The translations under genes and the position numbers were made by a program. From Mobula hypostoma (taxonomy: Eukaryota): a stretch of 64,000 nucleotides of DNA. The stretch lies in assembly GCF_963921235.1 (NCBI RefSeq), contig NC_086101.1:4714001-4778000 (forward strand), in the 5' to 3' direction. This document shows positions 1-12,264 of the stretch, in pieces. Under the pieces are notes generated by a model. That model was not told where the DNA came from. It did no database searches and saw nothing but the letters and a program-made list of their open reading frames with translations. The stretch's first letter is position 1; each line of letters opens with the position of its first letter.

Positions 1-184
1 ACAAAGGCTTTCGTACATAGAAAGGCAACTCAGCCAACAGGACGCCTTCAGCTTGCTTGTCGTAAGGCAATCACTAAAGATTCACGGAAAAGCACAGCAC
101 AGAAGCAGGTCCTGTGGCCGATCTAGTCCGCGTCCAACCACTTTAACCAAGGTCACATCAGCTCTCCTCTCCTCTTAGTGACCT

Positions 185-643
185 GTCTGTCTGTATCTTG
201 TTTTACGGCGGTTGGCATCCAGCTTAATGGTGCATTACCGCCACCCTCTGCTCCAGAATGTGCACTAGACATACATTCTAAATCCCTTCACCCAATCTCA
301 CTCACACACACACAAACCTACACTTCACCCTCCCATCTTTGACCATCCTAGTATCCTATTCCTGTTTATTCGTCATATTCTATAAAAAACCCCTGTACCC
401 CTTAAAAACGCTAAAAATACCCGGACTTGTGCTCTCTCACCCATGCCCAGCAACCCTTTTAATGTGAATTCCTGCATCCCCAACTCCCTTAATTTATTTC
501 TCATCATCTCTCTCTGTATCCCATACTTCCTGCAACTCAGAACTACATGTTCTACTGACTGCTCTTCCTGACATTCCTCACACAATCCTGTCTGGTGTTT
601 CCTTATCATTTTCAATGTTTTGTTTAATGCACAGTGCCCCAGC
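185..643 (-). mobile_element. 5'-truncated I/Nimb-clade LINE (C-terminal CCHC knuckle and 3' UTR) with a 14-bp TSD
   Basis: Minus ORF ...GLGHCALNKTLKMIRKHQTGLCEECQEEQSVEHVVLSCRKY... has a C-x2-C-x8-H-x4-C knuckle; short ACAG-type tail; direct repeat CCTCTTAGTGACCT at 171-184 and 644-657. Confidence 0.75.
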
Positions 644-867
644 CCTCTTAGTGACCTTGCGGTTTCCCCCGTTTTTGATCGTTTCATCAGCCAGTAAGAT
701 GTTAGACCACAATCCCCCTCAATCCCACACACCTGCCTTTTCCCCGTAGCCTTTGACGCCCAAACTAATCGAGAACCATCGACTCAACCTGCGAATTAAT
801 CCTTAGGGAATCCTGCACAAGGACTCCTAACCCTTTGCAGCTCCGATTTTTAATTTTTCTCTGCCGT

Positions 868-1500
868 TGAGTCAATGGTGAGGAAGGCAAATGCAATGGT
901 CGCATTCATTTTGAGAGGACTAGAATAGAAAAGCAGGGATGTAATGCCAAGGTTTTATAAGGCATTGGTCAGACCACTCTTAGGGTATTGTGAGCAGCTT
1001 TGGGTCCCTTATCAAAGAAAGTCTGGAGTGGGTCCAGAGGAGGTTCACGAGAATGGTTTCGACAATGAAAAGATTAACGTATGCAGGGTGTTTGATGGTT
1101 CTGGGTCTGTACTCGCTGGAGTTTAGAGGAATGAGGGGAAATCTTATTGAAACCTACCGAATATAGAAAAGCCCAGATAAAGTGGACGTGGAGAGGATGT
1201 TTCCTACAGTGGGGGAGTCTGAGACCAGAGGGCACAGCCTCAGAATAGACAGTCATCCATTTACAATGGAGATGAGGAGGGATTTCTTTAGCCAGAGGGT
1301 GGTGAATCTGTGGAATTCATTGCCACAGGCAGCTGTGGAGACCAAGTCATTGGGTGTATTTAAAGCAGCCATTAACCAGGGTGTCAGAGGTTACCGGGAG
1401 AAAGGAGGAGAACGGGGCTGAGAGGAAATAGAATCACCCATGGTGTAGAGCGGACGCGATGTGCCAAATGGGATCATTCTGTTCCTTTGTATTATGGTCT
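868..1500 (+). mobile_element. CR1 LINE 3' fragment (decayed)
   Basis: Peptides YKALVRPLLGYCEQLWVPYQRK and TRGHSLRI...RRDFFSQRVVNLWNSLP match the CR1 ORF2 C-terminus. Confidence 0.85.
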
Positions 1501-1654
1501 AGAACTCCAAGTCCAGTCTGGCCAACGCCTTTTACATGATTGCTTTCATATTCTATGTTTGTATGGGTGGTATAAATGTATGATATATGTTTTATATTAT
1601 ATATTCTCTGATTCTCCAGGTTAAGATCACCTTGGGTCATTTTAAAAGCCCTGG

Positions 1655-2370
1655 TAGACGTTTGCATAAATTCGGCATTTCACCTAAAACTTTGGCAGAC
1701 GTCTATGGATGCTCATTGGACGGTATCCTTACTGTCTGCACCACAGCCTGTGTGGAAACACCAATGCAGGAATGGAAATTCCTCCAGAAAGTGGTGGATA
1801 CAGCCCAGTCCATCACAGGAAAAGTCTGTGATGGAGTGGGCCTCTACAACCAGTGAGCACATTTACAGAGAGCATAGCCACAAGAAAGCAGCATCCATCA
1901 TCAAGGAGCCAGACCACCCAGGCCATGCTTTCTTCTCACTGCTGCCACCATCAGGCAGGAGGTACAGGAGCCCCAGGACCCACACCACCAGGGTCAGGAA
2001 CAGTCATTACCCCTCAACCAGCAGGAACCATCACCCAGGCCATGCTCTCGTCTCACTGATGCCATCATCAGGCAGGAGGTACAGGAGCCCCAGGACCCAC
2101 ACCACCAGGGTCAGGAACAGTTATTACCCCTCAGTTATCAGACTTCAGACCAGTACGGGTGACTTCACTAACTTCAACTCTGGACTCACACTCTCTACAA
2201 CTCATGTCTTCTTTTGCAGATTGGTGGTTTGTCAGTCTTTGTTTGTAATAGTTTCATACATTCTATTGTATTTCTTTATTTTTGCTGACAATGCCTGCAA
2301 GAAAATGAATCTCATGGTACTATATGATCACATATACAGTACATACATACTTCAATGATAACTTCACCTC
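1655..2370 (+). mobile_element. Rex1/Babar-like LINE 3' fragment with internal ~120-bp duplication
   Basis: Peptide KAASIIKEPDHPGHAFFSLLPPSGRRYRSPRTHTTRVRNS, with the HPGHA...RVRNS part present twice; typical Rex1-type C-terminus. Confidence 0.75.
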
Positions 2371-2889
2371 GCCTCACTTACACTTCATTAGCTTTCATCA
2401 AGGCTTGCAGATCTACCTTTAGATCTTTTTTTAAAGAAGTGTAGAAATATTGGGTGCAGTCTGCCAAGCCTGGTGTAATTTGTCAGGAGAGATTCTGTTA
2501 ACTTCAGTCAAAGACCTTTGTCGGAAAATTGGCCTGATATTTCAAAGCAGGAAGAACGAGAGCCTGAAGACACACACCCAGCATTTCAGGAACAGCTTCT
2601 TCACCAACACTGCCACCACATTTCTGAATGGTCCACGAATCCATAAACACTACATCACTATTTCTATTCAATTTTGTTTTACTCTCTTTTGGAACTAATA
2701 ACGTAATTTAGCTTGTATATATATTTATTATTGCAAGTTAACTTTTTATGTAAAATATGCATGCAATACACTGCTGCACATCATATTGTGACGGCCCAGG
2801 TTATAATTGAATTGATTTTATTGTATACAGCTGCTGCACATCAACATATTTCCAGACTTGTGTTTTTATTCTTCTCTCCCGCAGGGAGA

Positions 2890-3370
2890 GGTGGTTTAGA
2901 CTGGTTCTGCACAGGTACAGGTGTTTAAACTGGTTCTGCACAGTACAGGTGTTCAGACTGTTTCAGCACAGTACAGGTGTTCACACTGTTTCAGCACAGT
3001 ACAGGTGTTCACACTGGTTCTGCACAGTACAGGTGTTTAGACTGTTTCAGCACAGTACAGGTGTTCAGACTGTTTCAGCACAGTACAGGTGTTTAGACTG
3101 GTTCTGCACAGTACAGGTGTTCAGACTGTTTCAGCACAGTACAGGTGTTCAGACTGTTTCAGCACAGTACAGGTGTTTAGACTGGTTCAGCACAGTACAG
3201 GTGTTTAGACTGTTTCAACACAGGTACAGGTGTTTAGACTGTTTCAGCACAGGTACAGGTGTTTAGATTGTTTCAGCACAGTATAGGTGTTTAGACTGTT
3301 TCAGCACAGTACAGGTGTTTAGACTGGTTCAGCACAGTACAAGTATTTACACTGGTTCTGTGCAGGTACA
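2890..3370. repeat. 28-bp minisatellite (~17 copies)
   Basis: Unit CAGTACAGGTGTTCAGACTGTTTCAGCA; period 28 (2941, 2969...). Confidence 0.95.
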
Positions 3371-3409
3371 GCTATGTTGTATGTAATTGTTGTACTTTAT
3401 CTGTTTCAG

Positions 3410-3432
3410 GATAATACGACTGAGGATCAAAG
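3410..3432 (+). CDS. TRIM-A 23-nt micro-exon (DNTTEDQ+S), equivalent to exon 4 of TRIM-B
   Basis: ttttatctgtttcag|GATAAT...CAAAG|gtatgt; same length (23 nt) and phase (0 to 2) as the TRIM-B exon at 30121-30143; joins in frame to 8792. Confidence 0.65.
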
Positions 3433-3907
3433 GTATGTTGTATTCTTCAGCATAACTACATTTGAACATGGTATGTTGAACAGATTATTGTTATGGTTGG
3501 TTGTCTGTCATATCCAAAAAGGACAGAAAACCTGTGTGGGAGCACTTTAAAATGGAAAATTCGTCGCACTGGGGTAGTTCCACTCTCTTCAGAAGAGAGC
3601 TTCTCTTCTGCTCAGAAGCTTCAGAAGTCTGGGTCCAGTGATACAAGTAGTTGTCACAACTGTGGTCTTGCCTGGTTAATCATGGCGTCTTCTGTTCCTT
3701 GTCATGCTCTTCGCTCTCTGCAAAGCTTTGCTGAACTGCCTTCCTGGGGGCTGTTGGAGATCTGCCCAATCCACTAGAGCTGACTTTGCCTGCCAGGACA
3801 GGTGCATCTCTATCTCACTGGGGCTACCGGCTGCCCTCGCCTGGTCTAACCCACCTGTCAAAGCGGTGTACCGGGCTGTGGCCACTGTCACATGCAAACA
3901 GCTACTT

Positions 3908-4625
3908 GGATGACAAGGGATGGAGGGAGGGGAGGAAAGGCCTGTGATAGGCTGAACGATGAGGGATGGAGGGTGGGGAAGAAAGGCCTGTGATAGGCTG
4001 AATGACGAGGGATGGAGGGAGGGGAGGAAAGGCCTGTGATAGGCTGAATGACAAGGGATAGAAGGAAGGGAAGGAAAGGCCTGTGATAGGCTGAACGATG
4101 AGGGATGGAGGGAGGGGAGGAAAGGCCTGTGATAGGCTGAACGATGAGGGATGGAGGGAGGGGAGGAAAGGCCTGTGATAGGCTGAATGACGAGGGATGG
4201 AGGGAGGGGAGGAAAGGCCTGTGATAGGCTGAACGATGAGGGATGGAGGGAGGGGAGGAAAGGCCTGTGATAGGCTGAATGACAAGGGATAGAAGGAAGG
4301 GAAGGAAAGGCCTGTGATAGGCTGAACGATGAGGGATGGAGGGAGGGGAGGAAAGGCCTGTGATAGGCTGAACGATGAGGGATGGAGGGAGGGGAGGAAA
4401 GGCCTGTGATAGGCTGAATGACGAGGGATGGAGGGAGGGGAGGAAAGGCCTGTGATAGGCTGAACGATGAGGGATGGAGGGAGGGGAGGAAAGGCCTGTG
4501 ATAGGCTGAATGACAAGGGATGGAGGGAGGGGAGGAAAGGCCTGTGATAGGCTGAATGACGAGGGATGGAGGAGGGGAGGAAAGGCCTGTGACAGGCTGA
4601 AGACCCAGAGAGACTGAATGACAAG
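3908..4625. repeat. 46-bp purine-rich minisatellite (~15 copies) with 5-unit higher-order repeat
   Basis: Unit GAGGGATGGAGGGAGGGGAGGAAAGGCCTGTGATAGGCTGAACGAT; variant GACAAGGGATAGAAGGAAGG recurs 230 bp apart (~4050, ~4280). Confidence 0.95.
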
Positions 4626-4879
4626 GGTGGTGGTATTGATTGAGAAAAGCTGCTAAATGGGTACCCGGAGGAGTACATCACAAGGGAGGGCTGGAGTCTG
4701 AAGATATGGTAAACGTGTGAAATATGTGGCCGGGTTGCTTGGATTGTTGAATTAGTTCGGAGGCCTGGGCAGTGTATCGGGTGGTGCTGCTGCCTACCCT
4801 GATTAATCCTGACTCTGGGTACTGTCTGGGAGCAGTTATCGTGCTCCCAGTGAAGGTTTCCTTTACACCATGGGAACGT

Positions 4880-5380
4880 AAGACATAGATACAGGCATAG
4901 GCCATTTGGCCCATTGAAACTGCTCTGTCATGCTATCACGGGCAATTTATTATCCCTCTCAATCCCATTCTCCTGCCTTCTCCTGTAACCTTTGACATCC
5001 TGACTAAGTAAATACCTATCAACCTCACTTTAAGTACAGCCAATGACTTGGCCTCCACAGCCATCTACGGTGACGAATTCCACAGACACAGCACCCTCTG
5101 GCTAAAGAAATTCCTCCTCATCTCTGTTCTAAATGGACGTCCCTCGATTCTGAGGCCGTGCCCTCTGGTCCTAGACTCCCCCATGATAGGAAATGTTATC
5201 TCCACATCCTCTCTATCTGGGTCTTTCAATATTCATTAGGTTTCATTGGGGCCCCTCCTCATTCTTCTAAACTCTAGCGGGTACAGGCAGGGCCATCAAA
5301 AGCTCCTCATACTTTAACCCTTTCTTTCCCGGCACCACTCTCGTAAACCTCCTCTTGACCTCCTGCAGTACCAACACGTC
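4880..5380 (-). mobile_element. CR1 LINE 3' fragment
   Basis: Reverse complement of the CR1 segment seen at 1120-1500 (ctctggtcctagactcccc, ctctggctaaagaaattcctcctcatc). Confidence 0.8.
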
Positions 5381-5381
5381 T

Positions 5382-5725
5382 TCAGATTTCTCCTTCTGGT
5401 TAAAAATAAAATCCCTCCCCTCCCCTCTTCTTCTATTTCCCACTCTGACCTCTTAGCGCTTCTCACCTACCTCCCCCTAGCTCCCCTGGTCCACTCTCCT
5501 CTCCAATCAGATTCCTTCTTCTCCAGCCCTTTACCTTTCCCACCCACCTGGCTTCACCTGTCGCCTTCTAGCTAGTCCTCCTTCCCCTCCCCTCACCTTT
5601 TTATTCAGGCACCTTCCCCCTTCCTCTCCAGTCCTGAAGAAGAGTGTCGGCCCAAAACATTGACTGTTTCTTCATTTCCATAGATGCTGCCCGACCTGCT
5701 GAGCATTTTGTGTGTGTGTGTGTGT
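5382..5725 (+). mobile_element. Penelope-like element 3' end (degenerate hammerhead motif)
   Basis: Pyrimidine-rich tract followed by cagtcctgaagaagagtgtcggcccaaaacattgactg and agatgctgcccgacctgctgag, homologous to 63600-63750. Confidence 0.6.
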
Positions 5726-6104
5726 GTCACATCCTTTCTTAGGTGCGTGCTGGTCACTTACACACCCCCAGGACGTGCGGACAGTTTGAGCAGACCCTGT
5801 GAATTGTGCAGTTTAACGCTACAGGTTTGAAGTGAGCCTGCCGGAAGCTCGTGAGAGAATAAATTCCCTGACACCAGGTGAAAAATCGGGCAGGTGGGAT
5901 GGCTCACCGGAGGGATCAACAGACTCCCACCGTGCTGTAGTAAATCAGTAGACACAGCAATGGAGGATGTGAGCTATGCTCACCAAACACCGATGGGACA
6001 GCGCAGGGAGCAGGGAGGCAGTGGCAGTCAGGCAGAGAATTGACTGGACAGGTGGGCTCACTCCTGTGCACTCTGTAACTGTTCTTCGTCATGGAAATGG
6101 GCTG

Positions 6105-6840
6105 TCAGTGTCAGAGGGCGTTTAATGCAGACCAGTGTCAGATGTTACATTTTGGGAGGACAAACCAGGGTAGGACTAAAATGGTGACCAGTAGGGCACT
6201 GAGGAGTGAGGAAGAACAGAGTGATCTGGGAATACAGGTCCATAGTTCATTGAAAGTAGTGCCACAGGTAGATAGGGTTGTAAAGAAAGCTTTTGGCTCA
6301 TTGGCCTTCATAAATCTAAGTATTGGTTGGGATGTCATGTTGAAGTTTTCTGAGACATTGGTGAAGCCTAATTTGAAGTATTGTGTGCAGTTTCATTACC
6401 TACCTACGGGTAAGATGTCAATAAGACTGAAAGGGTACACACAGAATTTACGAGGTTGTTGCCAAGACTTGAGGACCTGAATTACAGGGAAAGGTTGAAT
6501 AGGTTAGGACTAAAATGTAGAAGAATGAGAGGAGATTTGATAGAGGTGTACAAAATTATGAGGGGTCTGTTGTTGAGTCATTTTGGCGGCTCACAGAGAC
6601 CCTATGGATAGGGTAGTTGTCCACAGGGTTTTTCCTGGCAAGATTCAGAAGTAGATTGCTAGGCCTTTCTTCCAGGCAGATACTGTTGGTGCTCAGACAA
6701 AAACCACCTATGAGAGGTATAGATAGGGTAAATGCAAACAGGCCTTTTCACTGAGGTTGGGTGAGAGTTGACAAGAGGTCATAGGTTAAGGGTGAAGGGT
6801 GAAACATTTAAGGGGAGCATGAGGAGGAACCTCTTCACTC
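6105..6840 (+). mobile_element. CR1 LINE fragment (interrupted)
   Basis: Peptides FNADQCQMLHFGRTN, DLGIQVHSSLKVVPQVDRVVKKA and TRGHRLRVKGETFK. Confidence 0.8.
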
Positions 6841-8059
6841 GGGGGGGGGGGGGTGAGATCCAGGGCGTCACGTTGGAACAAGACACACACAAGATGCTGG
6901 AGGAACTGAGCAGGACAGGCAGTATCAGTGGAGGAGGGGGGAATGAACAGTCGAGGTCCTTCGAAAGGACTGCAGAGGAAGGAAAAAGAAGCCAGAACAA
7001 GAAGGTGCGGGAGGTGAAGGGAGTACAAGCTGGCAGGTGATCGGTGAGACCAGGTGAGGGGGAAGGTGGGTGGGTGGGGAAGAGGGAGGATGAGGCAAGA
7101 CAGAGAGAGAGAGGGTTAGAAGATGGGTCCAGTGGTGGTGTTGCTGTCCCTGATAACCAAGCCAACTTTAATCCCTAACTGATTACTGTATCTGGTCATT
7201 TTCACATTGTTTTGGGCGCTCTCGTCTCACTGCTGCCACCATCAGGCAGGAGGTACAGGAGCCCCAGGACTCACATCACTGGGTTCCTCCTCAACCAGCA
7301 GGAACCACCACCCAGGCCAGGCTCTCGTCTCACTGCTGCCATCATCAGGCCGGAGGTACAGGAGCCCCAGGACCCACACCCCCAGGTTCAGGAACAGCCA
7401 TTACCTCAACTATCAGAGGAGATAGTTGAACCAGAGGAGATAACGTCACTCACCCCATCACTGTACTGATTCCACAACCTACAGACTCACTCTTAGTCCT
7501 CAATCCCAGGGGATCATGGGTTTGCACCTCTGGTGGACTGTGTCCTCTCCAGAGTGCAGGCCTGAGTGGGAAGGTTGTTGCCCATGCAGCGGGTTCCCCC
7601 TCTCCACATCACTGATGTAGTCCAAGGGAAGGGCAAGTGCCAATACAGCTTGGCACCAGTGTTGTCGCGGAGGTTGCCAGAGTGAAGTTGTAAACAACAT
7701 CAAACTGCCTTAGGGGCCCCGGCTCTGGATTTCTTCCTCGGGGTTTACTCCCAAAGCCTTTCCCATGGGTGGGTATGGCCTCAAGGCAGCAGAGTTTTAA
7801 AATCAGAGTTTTCCTTCTCCTAGGCAGGCTGCCATCCAAGCCTCACTTGCCCAAAGCAACTGGTTTTGAGGGGCCAGTGGTCCGCCTTTGCCCCTTTTCT
7901 TGTCAGTAGAAACAGTTCCACCAGGCCTAGTAGCTAAGCCTCACGTGAAGGCCAAGAGTTGGACTTGTTGTCAGGGGCTGTTAGAGTCGCACGCCATTTG
8001 GAGCACTTTATAGGTAGTGGGAGCTTATCCTCACTACCACCCCTGGCTATGACTCTATG

Positions 8060-8482
8060 GACTGTACTCCCTGGAGTTTAGAAGAATGAGAGGAGACCTC
8101 ATAGAAACATTTTGAATGTTGAAAGGCATGGACAGAGTGGATGTGGCAAAGTTGTTTCCCATGATGGGGGAGTCTAGTACGAGAGGGCATGACTTAAGGA
8201 TTGAAGGGCGCCCACTCAGAACAGAAATGCGAAGAAATTTTTTTAGTCAGAGGGTGGTGAATCTATGGAATTTGTTGCCACGGGCAGCAGTGGAGGCCAA
8301 GTCATTGGGGGTATTTAAGGCAGAGATTGATAGATATCTGAGCAGCCAGGGCATCAAAGGTTATGGTGAGAAGGCGGGGGAGTGGGACTAAATGGGAGAA
8401 TGGATCAGCTCATGATAAAATGGCGGAGCAGACTCGATGGGCCGAATGGCCTACTTCTGCTCCTTTGTCTTATGGTCTTATG
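8060..8482 (+). mobile_element. Well-preserved CR1 3' end, inside a Rex-like fragment
   Basis: STRGHDLRIEGRPLRTEMRRNFFSQRVVNLWNLLP; tail tcttatggtcttatg. Confidence 0.85.
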
Positions 8483-8791
8483 ACAACCTTAGGAACCACT
8501 CTTAAGGACTCTATAATGTATTGTTGATATTTATTGCTTATTTATCATTATTATTATTATTACTTTTTATTCTTCTTTGTATTTTCCGTTTGTTGTTTTT
8601 TACACACTGGTTGCTTGTCTGTCTTGTGTGTGGTCTGTCTATTGTGCTGCCTCGTATTTATCGAGTATGCTCACAAGAAAATGAATCTCAGGGTTGCATT
8701 TGGTGAAATATATGTATTTTGATAATGGGAACACACTCAATGCAGAAACAATTAAGGATTTCTGTTAATTTTGTCATATTTCTGTTGCTAG

Positions 8792-8901
8792 CGTGGAAGA
8801 GTACCACCCAAAGATAGCGGAGGGCAGCCTGTCCCTGGGAGATTTTCAAGGACCCACTCAGTACAGAGTGTGGAGGCACATGAAAGATATCATCCACCCG
8901 A
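8792..8901 (+). CDS. TRIM-A linker exon (pre-PRY exon, equivalent to exon 5 of TRIM-B)
   Basis: tttctgttgctag|C...CCGA|gtacgt; 110 nt, phase 2 to 1; encodes VEEYHPKIAEGSLSLGDFQGPTQYRVWRHMKDIIHP, which aligns with TRIM-B GLSLEKFCGPLQYIVWREMIDAINP. Confidence 0.85.
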
Positions 8902-8999
8902 GTACGTATACTTCTCCCGCGACCGAGACCAGTCACCTTCTCCACTCGCCGGGTGACGTTATAAACCTCTGTAAGGTCGCACCTCAGCTACCTACCCAC

Positions 9000-9240
9000 A
9001 GCAGTCAGCGTAACATTTTACATCGCTGGTGACTGGGGTTCAATTCCTGCTGCTGTTTGTAAGGCGTTGGTACGTCCCCACGCTTTTCCTCTGGTTTACC
9101 TCTCGCACTCCAAAGGCGTGAGCGTTAGGGTTACTGATTTATGGCCACGCTAGTTTGGTGCTGGGAACGTTGGCGAAACTTGTGGGCTGCTTTGATTTAA
9201 GGTAAACGGCCCATTTCACCGGACGTCAATCAGTGGATAT
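9000..9240 (+). mobile_element. Decayed tRNA-derived V-SINE-like element
   Basis: B-box-like GGTTCAATTCC plus tgtaagg..ttggtacgt core, shared with copies at ~29560, ~59770 and ~61870. Confidence 0.55.
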
Positions 9241-9554
9241 GTTATAAACCCCACCCTAAGCTACACTGACCATCAGACTACTTGCTGTGAAGACCTATCA
9301 TCGTTGCAGATGGACATCTGCTGCCCACACATGATTCACTCTGCACTACTCTGACGCTTTACAGCCCTCTGAAGTGACAATTAACATTGGACAACAAGTG
9401 TACCTCTCACCAGTCATAGTCACCTCCAGTTACTGGGAATTTGATTCAGTGCGAAATCCCTGTTTCTGCAGAATTTAAACCCCGAGGCAAGTTTGGAGTG
9501 TCAGTTCTTGGACAAATATTGCATGTGAATGAGTCAATTCTGCCTTAGACCCAT

Positions 9555-10292
9555 ATGGTCATGCACTTTGGTAGAAGAAATAAAAGCTGCATTTTCTAAA
9601 TGGAGAGAAAATTCAAAACCGTGAGGTGCAAAGTCCTCGTGCAGGATTCCCTAAAGGCGAATTGGAGGGTCGAGTCAGTGGTGAGCAAAGCCAATGCAAT
9701 GTTAGCATTCATTTCAAGAGGACTACAAGATACAAGCCAGGATGTAATGCTGAGGCTTTACAAAGCACTGGTGAGGCCTCACTTGGAGTATTGTGAGCAG
9801 TTTTGGGTCCCTTATCAAAGAACAGATGTATTGACATGGGAGGGGATTCGAAGGAGGTTCATGAAAATGATTCCAGGGTTGAAAGGAAAGGCTTGTCACA
9901 TGAAGAGTAATTATTGGCTTTTGGCCCCTACTCACTGGGATTCAGAAGAATGAGGGGGACCTGATTGAAACCTATCAAATGTTGAAAGGCCTAGATGGAG
10001 TGGATGTGGAGAGGATGTTTCCTATGGAGAGGGGAGTCTAAGGCCAGAGGGCACAGCCTCAGAATAGATGGGCATCCATTTAGAATGAAGATGAGGAGGA
10101 ACTTCTTTAGCTGGAGAATGGTGAATCCACGGAATTTGTTGCCACAGGTGGCTGTGGAGGCCAAGTCTTTATGTGTATTTAAGGCAGAGGTTGTTAGATT
10201 CTTGATTGGTCAGGGCCTGAAGGTAGGAGATTGAGGCTGAGAGAGAAAAGGGATGTACCATGATGACTTGATGGGCCAAATGGTCTTATGAT
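9555..10292 (+). mobile_element. CR1 LINE 3' fragment
   Basis: KANAMLAFISRG...LYKALVRPHLEYCEQFWVPY; RGHSLRIDGHPF. Confidence 0.85.
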
Positions 10293-10739
10293 CACGAGCA
10301 CTGTGAAAGTCAGCTGACACTCTTTAACCTTATTTGCAAATATTTTCAACCTTCCTCTAGTTTTATTCTGTCTGGAATACTTCACAAGCTATGAAGGAAA
10401 ATAGGAAGTATCAGATGCTTTAAGAACTTAGCCTGTTGTTAAACAGGCGGCAGATACAGCAGGCGTCATGCTTGTGTTCCACATGGTTGCAGACAGAATG
10501 CACAAATTGTCCGCAGAGAGTGGCAGGAGTTGAACCCACTGTAAAGCATTACTCCAACCGCCACACGACCGTCAGCATGGTCGCAGAAACACAGTGATTA
10601 ACATACTATAACCATGCCACATGGGGTGTTTATACTTTTCACAAAACTGTATTTCATCTTGGAAATGAAGTCTCAGAATTAGTGTGCACAATAGAAAATC
10701 TGCTGCTTTGCCTAACAAGAGAATTCTTCTCTGTCCTAG

Positions 10740-12158
10740 ACTGCAAGGCACTGAAGAAAGATCATCCCATCTGAAGTGTTGGGACTTCTTCGAGATGATT
10801 TCACAGCCCTTGGAACGTTCTGCGCCCAGGCTGTGCCACATGGAGCCCTCAGTCTGAACCAACTACCCACACTGTGCGCCCAGTCTGGACCAACTCACCC
10901 ACACGCCCAGGCTGGGGCCGTACTGAGATCTCTGTCTGAGCCAGTCTATCCAGACGCCCAGGTTGGGACCGTACTGAGATCTCTGTCTGAGCCAGTTCAT
11001 CCAGACACCCAGGTTGGGACCGTACTGAGATCTCCGTCTGAGCCAGTCTATCCAGACGCCCAGGTTGGGACCGTACTGAGATCTCCGTCTGAGCCAGTCT
11101 ATCCAGACGCCCAGGCTGGGACTGTACTGAGATCTCTGTCTGAGCCAGTTCATCCAGACGCCGAGGTTGGGACCGTACTGAGATCTCCGTCTGAGCCAGT
11201 CTATCCAGACGCCCAGGTTGGGACCGTACTGAGATCTCCGTCTGAGCCAGTCTATCCAGACGCCCAGGTTGGGACCGTACTGAGATCTCCGTCTGAGCCA
11301 GTCTATCCAGACGCCCAGGTTGGGACCGTACTGAGATCTCCGTCTGAGCCAGTTTATCCAGACGCCCAGGTTGGGACCGTACTGAGATCTCCGTCTGAGC
11401 CAGTTCATCCAGACGCCCAGGTTGGGACCGTACTGAGATCTCCGTCTGAGCCAGTCTATCCAGACGCCCAGGTTGGGACCGTACTGAGATCTCCGTCTGA
11501 GCCAGTCTATCCAGACGCCCAGGTTGGGACCGTACTGAGATCTCCGTCTGAGCCAGTTCATCCAGACGCCCAGGTTGGGACCGTACTGAGATCTCCGTCT
11601 GAGCCAGTCTATCCAGACGCCCAGGTTGGGACCGTACTGAGATCTCCGTCTGAGCCAGTTTATCCAGACGCCCAGGTTGGGACCATACTGAGATCTCCGT
11701 CTGAGCCAGTCTATCCAGACGCCCAGGTTGAGACCGTACTGAGATCTCTGTCTGAGCTAGTTCATCCAGACGCCCAGGTTGGGACCGTACTGAGATCTCC
11801 GTCTGAGCCAGTTTATCCAGACGCCCAGGTTGGGACCGTACTGAGATCTCCGTCTGAGCCAGTTTATCCACACGCCCAGGTTGGGACCGTACTGAGATCT
11901 CCGTCTGAGCCAGTCTATCCTGACGCCCAGGTTGGGACCGTACTGAGATCTCCATCTGAGCCAGTCTATCCAGACGCCCAGGTTGGGACCATACTGAGAT
12001 CTCCGTCTGAGCCAGTTTATCCAGACGCCCAGGTTGAAATTCCAGACCAACCTGAGTTTACTAAGACACTAGTCCAACTCTACAACTGGCTTCATGTATG
12101 GATGGGGCAAGCTGTAACCGAGAATATGTTCAATGGTGGATATTACCGTCAAATGTAA
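10740..12158 (+). CDS. Candidate terminal exon of TRIM-A: acceptor 10739 gives NCKALKKDHPI*, acceptor 10806 gives a ~450-aa repeat-containing tail
   Basis: Acceptors ttcttctctgtcctag (AG ends 10739) and gatttcacag (AG ends 10806, in frame with ORF 10776-12158 after a phase-1 exon); ATTAAA at 12163, 12219 and 12259. Confidence 0.4.
10903..12036. repeat. 51-bp minisatellite (~22 copies; reads PVYPDAQVGTVLRSPSE)
   Basis: Period 51 (AGCCAG at 11041 and 11092); very homogeneous units with no indels seen. Confidence 0.97.
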
Positions 12159-12264
12159 AACTATTAAATATGTCCCCAAACTTTTCAAAGATAATGATTG
12201 CTCTAGCTGTCCTGAATTATTAAACCTTCCTGAATAGAATCCTTTGTGAGTCCACAGAATTAAA

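Noticed and set aside
1620..1653. Possible small exon after attctccag
   Set aside because: No TRIM similarity, weak donor, and it runs into a Rex fragment
9365..9486. Possible PRY remnant (PSEVTIN...) after ctttacag
   Set aside because: In phase 1 it stops after two codons, and no other PRY-SPRY motifs follow
10849..12050. Minus-strand repeat ORFs (368, 232 and 97 aa)
   Set aside because: By-products of a 51-bp unit, essentially confined to the array, with no splice or poly(A) support
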